A stretch of 64,000 nt of DNA from Eledone cirrhosa (Eukaryota), in contig OZ024747.1 in NCBI GenBank assembly GCA_964016885.1, positions 38,130,001 to 38,194,000 of the forward strand, written 5' to 3'. The translations under genes and the position numbers were made by a program. The notes beneath the pieces are model-generated. The model made no database searches. It had not been told where the DNA came from and worked only from the letters and a program-made list of their open reading frames with translations. Position 1 is the first letter of the stretch, and each line of letters starts with the position of its first letter. Of this stretch, positions 28,821 through 42,800 are shown one piece after another.

Positions 28821-31080
28821 CATAACGTGTTAAAATATGTAATGGGGAGATAGGGTGATAAAATATGTAATGGGAGATAGAGTAGTAAAATATGGTAATG
28901 GGGAGATAGGGTTTTAAAATACCGTACTGGGGAGATAGGATAGTAAAATATGTAATGAGGAGATAGTATAGTAAAATATGGTAATGGGGAATTATGATAG
29001 TAAAATATGGTAATGGGGAGTTCAGATAGTAAAATATGTTATGGGGAGATAGGGTGGTAAAATATGTAATGGGGAGATAGGGTGGTAAAATATGTAATGG
29101 GAAGATAGGATAGTAAAATATGCAATAGGGAGATAGGATAGTAAAATATGTAATCGGCGGATAGGGTTGTAAAATATGTAATGGGGACATAGGCTGGTAA
29201 AATAAGTAATGGGGAGTTAGGATACTAACATATGTAATGGGGAGATAGGATAGTAAAATATGTAATGGGGAGATAGGGTGGTAAAATATGTAATGGGGAG
29301 ATAGGGTAGTAAAATATGTTAATGCGGATTTAGGATAGTAAAATATGTTATGGGGAGAAAGGTTATTAAAATATGTAATGGGGAAATACTATAGTAAAAT
29401 ATGGGAATGGTGAGACAGCATAGTAAAATATGGTAATGGGGAGATAGGCTAGTAAAATATGTAATGGTGAGATAGGTTGATAAAATATGTAATGGGAGAT
29501 AGAGTAGTAAAATATGGTAATAGGGAGATAGGATATTTAAATATGGTAATGAGGAGATAGGGTTTTAAAATATGGTACCGGGGAGATATGATAGTAAAAT
29601 ATGTAATGAGGAGATCGTATAGTAAAATATGGTAATGGGGAATTATGATAGTAAAATATGGTAATGGGGATATAAGATAGTAAAATATGTTATGGGGAGA
29701 TAGGGTGGTAAAATATGTAATGGTGAGATAGGATAGTAATATATGCAATAGGGAGATAGGATAGTAAAATATGTAATCGGGAGATAGGGTGGTAAAATAT
29801 GTAATGGGGAGTTAGGATGTAAAATATGTAATGGGGAGATAGGATAGTAAAATATGTAATGGGGACATAGGATAGTAAAATATGTAATGGGGAGATAGGG
29901 TGGTAAAATATGTAATGGGGAGATAGGGTAGTAAAATATGTAATGGTGAGATAGGGTGATAAAATATGTAATGGGAGATAGAGTAGTAAAATATGGTAAT
30001 AGGGCGATAGGATATTTAAATATGGTAATGGGGAGATAGGGTTTTAAAATATGGTACTGGGGAGATATGATAGTAAAATATGTAATGGGGAGATAGGGTG
30101 GTAAAATATGTAACTGGGTGTTATGGTGGTAAAATATGTAATGTGGAGATAGGGTGGTAAATATGTAATGGGGAGATAGGATAGTAAAATATGTTAATGG
30201 GGAGATAAAGTGGTTAAATATTCTAATGGGAAGATAGGATAGTAAAATATGTAATGGGGAGATAGGATATTTAAAAAATGGTACAAGGGAGAAAGGATAG
30301 TAAAATATGGTAATTTCGAGATAGGGTGGTAAAATATGTAATGCGATGATCGGATGGTAAAATATGGTAATGGGAAGATAGGATAGTAAAATATGTAATG
30401 GGGAGATAGGATAGTAAACTATGTAATGGGAAGATGGGATATTAAAATATGTAATGGGAAGATAGGATATTAAAATATGTAATGGGGAGATAGGATAGTA
30501 AAATATGTAATGGGGAGATAAGATAGTAAAATATGTAATGGGAAGATAGGATATTAATATATGCAATGGGGAGATAGGATAGTAAAATATGTAATGGCGA
30601 GACAGGATAATAAAATATGTAATGGGGAGATAGGGTGGTAAAGTATGCAATGTTGAGATAGGATAGTAAAATATGTAATGAGGAGATACGGTGGTAAAAT
30701 ATGTAATGAGGAGATAGGGTGGTAAAATATGTAATGGGGAGCTAGGATGGTAAAATATTTAATGAGGAGATAGTGTGGTAAAATATGTAATGGGGAGATA
30801 GGATATTAAAATTTGTAATGGGGTGATAGATTAGTAAAATATGTAATGGGGAGAGAGGATATTAAAATATCTAATGGGGAGATAGGATAGTCAAATATGT
30901 AATGAGGAGATTGTACAGTAAAATATGGTAATGGGGAGATAGTGTGGTAAAATATCTAATGGTGTGATAGGATAGTAAAATATGTAATGGGGACATAGGA
31001 TAGTAAAATATGTAATGCGAAGATAGGGTGGTAAAATATGTAATTGGGTCATATGGTGGTAAAATATGTAATGGGGAGAT

Positions 31081-32120
31081 AGGGTGGTAAAATATGTAAT
31101 GGTGAGATAGGATAGTGAAATATGTAATGGCGAGATAGGATAGTAAAATATGTAATGGGTAGATAGGATAGTAAAATATGTAATGGGGAGATAGTGTGAT
31201 AAACTATTTAATGGGGAGATAGGATAGCAAAATATGTAATGGTGAGATAGGATAGTAAAATATGTAATTGGGAGAGATGATAGTAAAATATTTAATGGAG
31301 AGATAGGATAGTTAAATATGTAATGGTGAGATAGGATAGTATAATATGTAATGGGGAGATAGGGTGACAAACTATTTAATGGGGAGATAGGATAGTAAAA
31401 TATGGTAATGGGGAGAGATGGTGATAAACTATTTAATAGGGAGATAGTAAAGTAAAATATGGTAATGGGGAGATAGGATAGTAAAATATGTAATGGGGAG
31501 ATAGCATAGTAAAATATGGTAATGGGGAGATAGGATTGTAAAATATGTAATGGGGAGATAGGGTGGTAAAATATGGTAATCGGGAGATAGGATAGTGAAC
31601 TATGTAATGTGGAGATAGGATAGAAAAATATGTAATGGGGAGGTAGGATAGTAAAATATCTAATAGGGAGATAGAATATTAAAATATGTAATGAGGAGAA
31701 AGGGTGGTAAAATATGTAATGGTGAGATAGGATAGTGAAATATGTAATGGCGAGATGGGATTGTAAAATATGTAATGGGTAGATAGGATAGTAAAATATG
31801 TAATGGGGAGATAGTGTGATAAACTATTTAATGGGGAGATAGGATAGCAAAATATGTAATGGTGAGATAGGATAGTAAAATATGTAATTGGGAGAGATGA
31901 TAGTAAAATATTTAATGGAGAGATAGGATAGTTAAATATGTAATGGTGAGATAGGATAGTATAATATGTAACGGGGAGATAGGGTGACAAACTATTTAAT
32001 GGGGAGATAGGATAGTAAAATATGGTAATGGGGAGAGATGGTGATAAACTATTTAATAGGGAGATAGTAAAGTAAAATATGGTAATGGGGAGATAGGATA
32101 GTAAAATATGTAATGGGGAG
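31081..32120 (+). repeat. Local ~420-bp duplication, offset 620 bp, in domain-A-like sequence
   Basis: 31081-31500 matches 31701-32120 (ORF ends 31370/31990). Shared variants GGGTGACAAACTATTT, GAGAGATGGTGAT and GATAGTAAAGTAAAA. Confidence 0.85.
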
Positions 32121-33880
32121 ATAGGATAGTAAAATATGAAATGGGGAGGTAGGATAGTAAAATAGGTAATGGGGAGATAGGATAGTAAAATAGGTAATGG
32201 GGAGATAGGGTGATTAACTATTTAAAGGGGAGATAGGAGAGTAAAATATGTAATGGTGAGATAGGATAGTAAAGTATGTAATGGGGAGATAGGGTGATAA
32301 AATATAGTACTGGGGAGATAGGATAGTAAAATATCTAAATTGTAGATAGGATAGTAAAATATGTAATGAGGAGAAAGGGTGGTAAAATATGTAATGGTGA
32401 GATGGGATAGTAAAATATGTTATGGAGAGATTGGGTGGTAAAATATGTAATGAGGAGATAGGGTGGTAAAATATGTAATGGGGAAATAGGATAGAGAAAT
32501 ATGTAATGGGGAGATAGGATAGTAAAAATATGTAATGGGGAGATAGGAGAGTAAAATATCTAATGGGGAGATAGGATAGTAACATATGCGATGGTGTGAT
32601 ATGATAGTAAAATATGGTAATGGGGAGATAGGCTAGTAAAATAAGTAATAGGGAGATAAGGTGGTAAAATATGTAATGGGGAGATCGGGTGGTAAAATAT
32701 GTAAAGGGGAGATAGGGTACTAAAATATGTAATGAGGAGATAGGATAGTAAAATATTTAAAGGGGAGATAGTATAGTAAAATATGTAACGGCGAGATAGG
32801 ATAGTAAAATATGGTAATGTGGAGATAGGGTGACAAACTATTTAATGGGGAGATAGGATAATAAAATATGTAATGGGGAGATAGGATAGTAAAATATAGT
32901 ACTGGGGAGATAGGTTAGTAAAATATGTAATGGGGAAATAGGATAGTAAAATATGTAATGGGGAGATAGGATAGTAAAATAACTAATGGGGAGATAGGAT
33001 AGTAAAATATATAATGAGGAGAAAGGGTTGTAAAATATGTAATGGTGAGATAGGATAATAATATATGTAATGAAGTGATAGTACAGTAAAATATGGTAAT
33101 GGGGAGAAAGGATAGTAAAATATGTAATGGGGATATAGGGTGGTAAAATATTTAATGGGGATATAGGGTAGTAAAATATGGTAATGGGGAGAAAGGATAG
33201 TAAAATATGTTAATAGGGAGATAGGATAGTAACATATGTAATGGGGTGATATTTTAGTAAAATATGGTAATGGGGAGATAAGGTGGTAAAATATGTCATG
33301 GGAAGATCGGGTGGTAAAATATGTAAAGGGGAGATAGGATAGTAAAATATGTAATTGGGAGGTAGGATAGTAAAATATTTAAAGGGGGAATAGTATAGTA
33401 AAATATGTAATGGGGAGACAGGATATTAAAATATATAATGGGGAGATACTGTGATAAACTATTTAATAGGGAGATAGGATAGTAAAATATGGTAATGGGG
33501 AGATAGGGTGGTAAAATATAGTACTTGAAATATGTAATGAGGAGATAGTACAGTAAAATATGGTAATGGGGAGATAGGGTGGTAAAATATCTAATGTTGT
33601 GATAGGATAGTATAATATGTAATGCGGAGATAGGATAGTAAAATATGTAATGAGGGAGGTAAAATATGTAAATAGGGTGGTAAAATATGTAATTGGGTGA
33701 TATGGTGGTAAAATAAGTAATGGGTAGATAGGGTTGTAAAATATGTAATGGGGAGATAGGATAGTAAAATATGTTAATGGGGAGATAGAGTGGTAAAATA
33801 TGGTAATGGGGAGTGAGGATAGTAAAATATGGTCATGGTGAGATAGGGTGGTAAGATATGTAATGGGGAGAGAGGATAGT

Positions 33881-36800
33881 AAAATATGTAATGGGGAGAT
33901 AGGATATTTAACTATGTAATGGGGTAATAGAGTTTTAAAATATGGTACTGGGGAGATAGGATTGTAAAATATGGTAATTGGGAGATAGGGTGGTAAAATA
34001 TGTAATGGGATGATCGGAGGGTAAAATATGGTAATGGGGAGATAGGCTAGTAAAATATGTAATGGGGAGATAAGATAGTAAAATATGTAATGAGGAGATA
34101 GGGTGGTAAAATAGGTAATGCGATACTCGGTTCGTAAAATATGTAAAGTGGAAATAGGGTGGTAACATATGTAATGGGGAGATAGGGTGGTAAAATACGT
34201 AATGAGGAGATAGGAAGGTAAAATATGTAATGAGGAAATAGGGTGGTAAAATATATAATGGGTAGATAGGGCGGTAAATATATGGTAATCGGGAGATAGG
34301 ATATTAAAAATTTGTAATGGGGAGATAGATTAGTAAAATATGTAATGGGGAGAAAGTATATTAAAATATCTAATGGGGAGATAGGATAGTAAAATATGTA
34401 ATTAGGAGATAGGGTGGTAAAATATATTACTGGGGAGATAGTACAGTAAAATATGGTAATGGGTAGATAGCATAGTAATATATGTAATGGAGAGATAGGG
34501 TGGTAAATTATGTAATGGGGAGACAGCGTTGTAAAATATGGTAATGGAGAGATAGGAAAGTAAAATATGGCATTGGGGAGATAGGATAGTAAAATAAGTA
34601 ATGGGGAGATAGGGTGGTGAAATATGTAATGGGATGATCGGATGGTAAAATATGGTAATGGGGAGATAGGATAGTAAAATATGTAATGGGGACATAGGAT
34701 AGTAAAATATGTAATGAGGAGATAGGGTGGTAAAATATATAATGGGATTTTCGGGTCGTAAAATATGTAATAGGGAGATAGGGTGGTAAAATAAGTAATG
34801 GGTAGATAGGATAGTAAAATATGTAATGGGGAGATATGGTGGTAAAATATGGTAATGGGGTGATAGGTTTGTAAACTACGTAATGGAAAGTTAGGATAGT
34901 AAAATATGTAATGTGGAGATAGGATAGTAAACAATGTAATGGAAAGATAGGATATTAAAATATGTAATGGGAAGATAGGATATTAAAATATGTAATGGGG
35001 AGATCGGATAGTAAAATATGTAATGGCGAGCTAGGGTGCTAAAATATGTAATGAGGAGATAGGGTGGTAAAATATGTAATGGGGAGATAGGGCGGTAAAA
35101 TATGGTAATGTGGAGATAGGGTGGTAAAATATGGTAATCGGGAGATAGGATATTAACATTTGTAATGGGGAGATAGAATAGTAAAATATGAAATTAGGAG
35201 ATAGGGTGGTAAAATATAGTACTGGGGAGATAGGGTGGTAAAATATCTAATGGTGTGATAGGATATTAAAATATGTAATGGGGAGATAAGGTGATAAAAT
35301 ATGTAATTGGGTGATATGGTGGTAAAATAAGTAATGGGTAGATAGGGAGGTAAAATATGTAATGGGGAGATAGGATATTAAAATATGTTAATGGGGAGAT
35401 AGAGTGGTGAAATATGGTAATGGGCAGTTAGGATAGTAAAATATGGTTATGGTGAGATAGGGTGGTAACTTATTCTAATGGGGATATAGGATAGTAAAAT
35501 ATGTAATGGGGAGATAGGATATTTAAATATGTAATGGGGTGATAGGGTTTTAAAATATGGTACTGGGGAGATAGGATAGTAAAATATGGTAATTGGGAGA
35601 TAGGGTGGTAAAATATGTAATGCGGAGATAGGATAGTAAAATATTTAATGAGGAGATAGGGTGGTAAAATAGGTAATGGGATAATCGTGTCGTAAAATAT
35701 GTAATGATGTGATAGGATAGTAAAATATGTAACGGGGACATAGGATAGTAAAATATGTAATGAGGAGATAGGGTGGTAAAATATGTAATTCGGTGATATG
35801 GTGGTAAAATATGTAATGGGGAGATAGGGTGGTAAAATATGTAATGGGGAGATAGGATAGTAAAATATGTAATGCGGAGATAGGATAGTAAAATATGTAA
35901 TGGGGTGATATGGTGGTAAAATATAGTACTGGGGAGATAGGATTGTAAAATATGTAATGGGGAGATAGTACAGTAAAATATGGTAATGGGGAGATAGGAT
36001 AGTAAAATATGTAATGGGGAGATAGGGTGGTAAAATTTGTAATGGGGAGATAGGGTGGTAAAATATGTAATTGTGAGATAGGATAGTAAAATATGTAATG
36101 GGGAGATAGGATAGTAAAATATGTAATGGGGAGATAGTACAGTAAAATATGGTAATTGTGAGATACGATAGTAAAATATGTAATGAGGAGATACGGTGGT
36201 AAAATATCTAATGGGGAGATAGGGTGGTAAAATATGTAATAGGGAGATAGGGTGGTAAAATATGTAATGGGGAGATAAGGTGGTAAAATATGTAATGGGG
36301 AGATAGGGTGATAAAATATTTAATGGGGAGATAGTATAGTAAATTATGGTAATGGGGAATTATGATAGTAAAATATGGTAATGGGGAGATAAGATAGTAA
36401 AATATGTTATGGGGAGAAAGGGTGGTAAAATATGTAATGGGGAGATAGGATAGTAAAACTTGCAATAGGGAGATAGGATAGTAAAATATGTAATCGCGAG
36501 ATAGGGTGGTAAAATATGTAATGGGGAGATAGGCTGGTAAAGTAAGTAATGGGGAGTTAGGATACTAACAGATGTAATGGGGAGATAGGATAGTATAATA
36601 TGTAATGGGGAGATAGGGTGGTAAAATATGTAATTGGGAGATAGGGTAGTAAAATATGGTAATGCGGAGTTAGGATAGTAAAATATGTTATGGGGAGAAA
36701 GGTTACTAAAATATGTAATTGGGAAATAGGATAGTAAAATATGGTAATGGTGAGACAGCATAGTAAAATATGGTAATGGGGAGATAGGCTAGTAAAATAT

Positions 36801-39800
36801 GTAATGGTGAGATAGGGTGATAAAATATGTAATGGGAGATACAGTAGTAAAATATGGTAATAGGGAGATAGAATATTTAAATATGGTAATGAGGAGATAG
36901 CGTTTTAAAATATCGTACTGGGGAGATATGATAGTAAAATATGTAATGAGGAGATCGTATAGTAAAATATGGTAATGGGGAATTATGATAGTAAAATATG
37001 GTAATGGGGATATAAGATAGTAAAATATGTTATGGGGAGATAGGGTGGTAAAATATGTAATGGGGAGATAGGATAGTAATATATGCAATAGGGAGATAGG
37101 ATAGTAAAATATGTAATCGGGAGATAGGGTGGTAAAATATGTAATGTGGAGATAGGGTGGTAAAATATGTAATGGGGAGATAGGAGAGTAAAATATCTAA
37201 TGGGGAGATAGGATAGAAAAATAAGTAATGGGTAGATAGGGTGATAAAATATGTAATGGGAGATAGAGTAGTAAAATATGGTAATAGATAGATAGGATAT
37301 TTAAATATGGTAATGGGGAGATAAGATAGTAAAATATGTTATGGGGAGATAGGGTGGTAAAATATGTAATGGGGAGATAGGATAGTAAAATATGCAATAG
37401 GGAGATAGGATAGTAGAATATGTAATCGGGAGATAAGGTGGTAAAATATGTAATGGGGAGATAGGCTGGTAAAATGTGTAATGGGGAGTTAGGATGTAAA
37501 ATATGTAATGGGGAGATAGGATAGTAAAATATGTAATGGGGACATAGGATAGTAAAATATGTAATGGGGAGATAGGGTGGTAAAATATGTAATGGGGAGA
37601 TAGGGTAGTAAAATATGGTAATGCGGAGTTAGGATAGTAAAATATGTTATGGGGGAGACAGGTTATTAAAATATGTAATGGGGAAATAGGATAGTAAAAT
37701 ATGGTAATGGTGAGACAGCATAGTAAAATATGGTAACGGGGATATAGGCTAGTAAAATATGTAATGGGTAGATAGGGTGGTGAAATATGTAATTGTGAGA
37801 TAGGATAGTAAAATATGTAATGGGGAGATAGGATAGTAAAATATGTAATGGGGAGATAGGATAGTAAAATAGGTAATTGGTAGATAGGATAGTAAAATAT
37901 GAAATGGGCAGGTAGGATAGTAAAATATGTAATGGGGAGATAGGATAGTAAAGTATGTATTGGGGAGATAGGGTGATAAAATATAGTACTGGGGAGATAG
38001 GATAGTAAAATATAGTACTGGGGTGATAGGATAGGAAAATATGTAATGGGGAGATAGGATAGTAAAGTATATAATGGGGAGGTAGGAGAGTAAAATATCT
38101 AATGGGGAGATAGGCTAGTAAAATATGTAATGGTGAGATATGGTGATAAAATATGTAATGGGAGATATAGTAGTAAAATATGGTAATAGGGCGATAGGAT
38201 ATTTAAATATGGTAATGGGGAGATAGGGTTTTAAAATATGGTACTGGGGAGATATGATAGTAAAATATGTAATGGGGAGATAGGGTGGTAAAATATGTAA
38301 CTGGGTGATATGGTGGTAAATTATGTAATTGGGAGATAGGGTGGTAAAATATGTAATGGGGAGATAGGATAGTAAAATATGTAATGCGGAGATAGTATAG
38401 TAAAATATGTAATGGGGTGATATGGTGGTAAAATATAGTACTGGGGAGATAGGATTGTAAAATATGTAATGGGGCGATAGTACAGTTAAATATGGTAATG
38501 GGGAGATAGGATAGTAAAATATGTAATGGGGAGATAGGGTGGTAAAATATGTAATGAGGAGCTAGGATGGTAAAATTTGAGAATGGGGAGATAGGGTGGT
38601 AAAATATGTAATCGTGAGATAGGATAGTAAAATATGGTAATGTGGAGATAGGGTTTTAAAATATGGTACTGGGGAGATAGGATAGTAAAATATGGTAATT
38701 GGGAGATAGGGTGGTAAAATATGTAATGGGATGATCGGATGGTAAAATATGTAATGGGATGATCGGGTCGTAAAATATGTAATGGGGAGATAGGGTGGGA
38801 AATTATGTAATGGGTAGATAGGATAGTAAAATATGTAATGGGGAGATATGGTGGTAAAATATGGTAATGAGGAGATAGGATATTTAAATATGTAATGGGG
38901 CGATAGTATAGTAAACTACGTAATGGGAAGATAGGATATTAAAATATGTAATGGGAAGATAGGATATTAAAATATGTAATGGGGAGATAGGATAGTAAAA
39001 TATGTAATGTTGAGATAGGATAGTAAAATATGTAATGGGGAGATTGGGTGGTAAAATATGTAATGGGGAGATAGGGTGGTAAAATATGTAATGGGAAGAT
39101 AGGATAATAAAATAGGTAATGGGGAGATAGGATAGTAAAATATGTAATGGGGAGATAGGATAGTAAGATATGTAATGGGGAGATAGGATAGTAAAATAGG
39201 TAATTGGGAGATAGGATAGTAAAATATGAAATGGGGAGGTAGGATAGTAAAATATGTAATGGGGAGATAGGATAGTAATGTATGTATTGGGGAGATAGGG
39301 TGATAAAATATAGTACTGGGGAGATAGGATAGTAAAATATAGTATTGGGGTGATAGGATAGAAAAATATGTAATGGGGAGATAGGATAGTAAAATATATA
39401 ATGGGGAGGTAGGAGAGAAAATATCTAATAGGGAGATAGGATAGTAAAATATGTAATGGGTTGATATGGTGGTAAACTATAGTACTCTCGAGATAGGATT
39501 GTAAAATATGTAATGGGGAGATAGTACAGTAAAATATGGTAATTGTGAGATACGATAGTAAAATATGTAATGAGGAGATACGGTGGTAAAATATCTAATG
39601 GGGAGATAGGGTGGTAAAATATGTAATAGGGAGATAGGGTGGTAAAATATGTAATGGGGAGATAAGGTGGTAAAATATGTAATGGGGAGATAGGGTGATA
39701 AAATATTTAATGGGAGATAGAGTAGTATAATATGGTAATGGGGAGATAGGGTTTTAAAATACGGTACTGGGGAAATAGGATAGTAAAATATGTAATGAGG

Positions 39801-42800
39801 AGATAGTATAGTAAAATATGGTAATGGGGAATTATGATAGTAAAATATGGTAATGGGGAGATAAGATAGTAAAATATGTTATGGGGAGATAGGGTGGTAA
39901 AATATGTAATGGGGAGATAGGATAGTAAAACATGCAATAGGGAGATAGGATAGTAAAATATGTAATCGAGAGATAGGGTGGTAATATATGTAATGGGGAG
40001 ATAGGCTGGTAAAATAAGTAATGGGGAGTTAGGATACTAACATATGTAATGGGGAGATAGGATAGTAAAATATGTAATGGGGAGATAGGGTGGTAAAATA
40101 TGTAATTGGGAGATAGGGTAGTAATATATGGTAATGCGGAGTTAGGATAGTAAAATATGTTATGGGGAGAAAGGTTACTAAAATATGTAATGGGGAAATA
40201 GGATAGTAAAATATGGTAATGATGAGACAGCATAGTAAAATATGGTAATGGGGAGATAGGCTAGTAAAATATGTAATGGTGAGATAGGGTGATAAAATAT
40301 GTAATGGGAGATAGAGTAGTAAAATATGGTAATAGGGAGATAGAATATTTAAATATGGTAATGAGGAGATAGGGTTTTAAAATATCGTACTGGGGAGATA
40401 TGATAGTAAAATATGTAATGAGGAGATCGTATAGTAAAATATGGTAATGGGGAATTATGATAGTAAAATATGGTAATGGGGATATAAGATAGTAAAATAT
40501 GTTATGGGGAGATAGGATGGTAAAATATGTAATGGGGAGACAGGATAGTAATATATGCAATAGGGAGATAGGATAGTAAAATATGTAATCGGGAGATAGG
40601 GTGGTAAAATAAGTAATCTGGAGATAGGGTGGTAAAATATGTAATGGGGAGATAGGAGAGTAAACTATCTAATGGGGAGATAGGATAGAAAAATAAGTAA
40701 TGTGTAGATAGGGTGATAAAATATGTAATGTTAGATAGAGTAGTAAAATATGGTAATAGGTTGATAGGATATTTAAATATGGTAATGGGGAGATAAGATA
40801 GTAAAATATGTTATGGGGAGATAGGGTGGTAAAATATTTAATGGGGAGATAGGATAGTAAAATATGCAATAGGGAGATAGGATAGTAAAATATGTAATCG
40901 GGAGATAAGGTGGTAAAATATGTAATGGGGAGATAGGCTGGTAAAATGTGTAATGGGGAGTTAGGATGTAAAATATGTAATGGGGAGATAGGATAGTAAA
41001 ATATGTAATGGGGACATAGGATAGTAAAATATGTAATGGGGAGATAGGATAGTAAAACATGCAATAGGGAGATAGGATAGTAAAATATGTAATGGGGAGA
41101 TAGGCTGGTAAAATAAGTAATGGGGAGTTAGGATACTAACATATGTAATGGGGAGATAGGATAGTAAAATATGTAATGGGGAGATAGGGTGGTAAAATAT
41201 GTAATAGGGAGATAGGGTAGTAAAATATGGTAATGCGGAGTTAGGATAGTAAAATATGTTATGGGGGAGAAAGGTTATTAAAATATCTAATGGGGAAATA
41301 GGATAGTAAAATATGGTAATGGTGAGACAGCATAGTAAAATATGGTAATGGGGAGATAGGCTAGTAAAATATGTAATGGTGAGATAGGGTGATAAAATAT
41401 GTAATGGGAGATATAGTAGTAAAATATGGTAATAGGGCGATAGGATATTTAAATATGGTAATGGGGAGATTGGGTTTTAAAATATGGTACTGGGGAGATA
41501 TGATAGTAAAATATGTAATGGGGAGATAGGGTGGTAAAATATGTAATGGGGAGATAGGATATTTAACTATGTAATGGGGTAATAGAGTTTTAAAATATGG
41601 TACTGGGGAGATAGGATTGTAAAATATGGTAATTGGGAGATAGGGTGGTAAAATATGTAATGGGATGATCGGAGGGTAAAATATGGTAATGGGGAGATAG
41701 GCTAGTAAAATATGTAATGGGGAGATAAGATAGTAAAATATGTAATGAGGAGATAGGGTGGTAAAATAGGTAATGCGATACTCGGTTCGTAAAATATGTA
41801 AAGTGGAAATAGGGTGGTAACATATGTAATGGGGAGATAGGGTGGTAAAATACGTAATGAGGAGATAGGAAGGTAAAATATGTAATGAGGAAATAGGGTG
41901 GTAAAATATATAATGGGTAGATAGGGCGGTAAATATATGGTAATCGGGAGATAGGATATTAAAAATTTGTAATGGGGAGATAGATTAGTAAAATATGTAA
42001 TGGGGAGAAAGGATATTAAAATATCTAATGGGGAGATAGGATAGTAAAATATGTAATTAGGAGATAGGGTGGTAAAATATATTACTGGGGAGATAGTACA
42101 GTAAAATATGGTAATGGGTAGATAGCATAGTAATATATGTAATGGAGAGATAGGGTGGTAAATTATGTAATGGGGAGACAGCGTTGTAAAATATGGTAAT
42201 GGAGAGATAGGAAAGTAAAATATGGCATTGGGGAGATAGGATAGTAAAATAAGTAATGGGGAGATAGGGTGGTGAAATATGTAATGGGATGATCGGATGG
42301 TAAAATATGGTAATGGGGAGATAGGATAGTAAAATATGTAATGGGGACATAGGATAGTAAAATATGTAATGAGGAGATAGGGTGGTAAAATATATAATGG
42401 GATTTTCGGGTCGTAAAATATGTAATAGGGAGATAGGGTGGTAAAATAAGTAATGGGTAGATAGGATAGTAAAATATGTAATGGGGAGATATGGTGGTAA
42501 AATATGGTAATGGGGTGATAGGTTTGTAAACTACGTAATGGAAAGTTAGGATAGTAAAATATGTAATGTGGAGATAGGATAGTAAACAATGTAATGGAAA
42601 GATAGGATATTAAAATATGTAATGGGAAGATAGGATATTAAAATATGTAATGGGGAGATCGGATAGTAAAATATGTAATGGCGAGCTAGGGTGCTAAAAT
42701 ATGTAATGAGGAGATAGGGTGGTAAAATATGTAATGGGGAGATAGGGCGGTAAAATATGGTAATGTGGAGATAGGGTGGTAAAATATGGTAATCGGGAGA

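Larger units (their letters stand above)
8150..30110 (+). repeat. Domain B: higher-order repeat domain built on a 22-monomer, ~622-bp unit and its truncated or recombined derivatives
   Basis: Marker monomers recur in fixed order (GGCTAGT, GAGTAGT, GGGTTTT, GGTACTG, GATCGTATAG, GGAATTATG, GATATAAG, TGCAATAG, GAGTTAGGATGT, GGACATAG, TGCGGA, AAAGGTTATT, GAGACAGCATAG). ORF pairs 21606/22228 and 21987/22609 are offset by exactly 622. Confidence 0.9.

Noticed and set aside
8150-30110. Variant monomers as a diversity-generating or antigenic-variation cassette system
   Set aside because: The variants are inherited in blocks by duplication. There is no reverse transcriptase, recombinase, expression site or template/variable pair.
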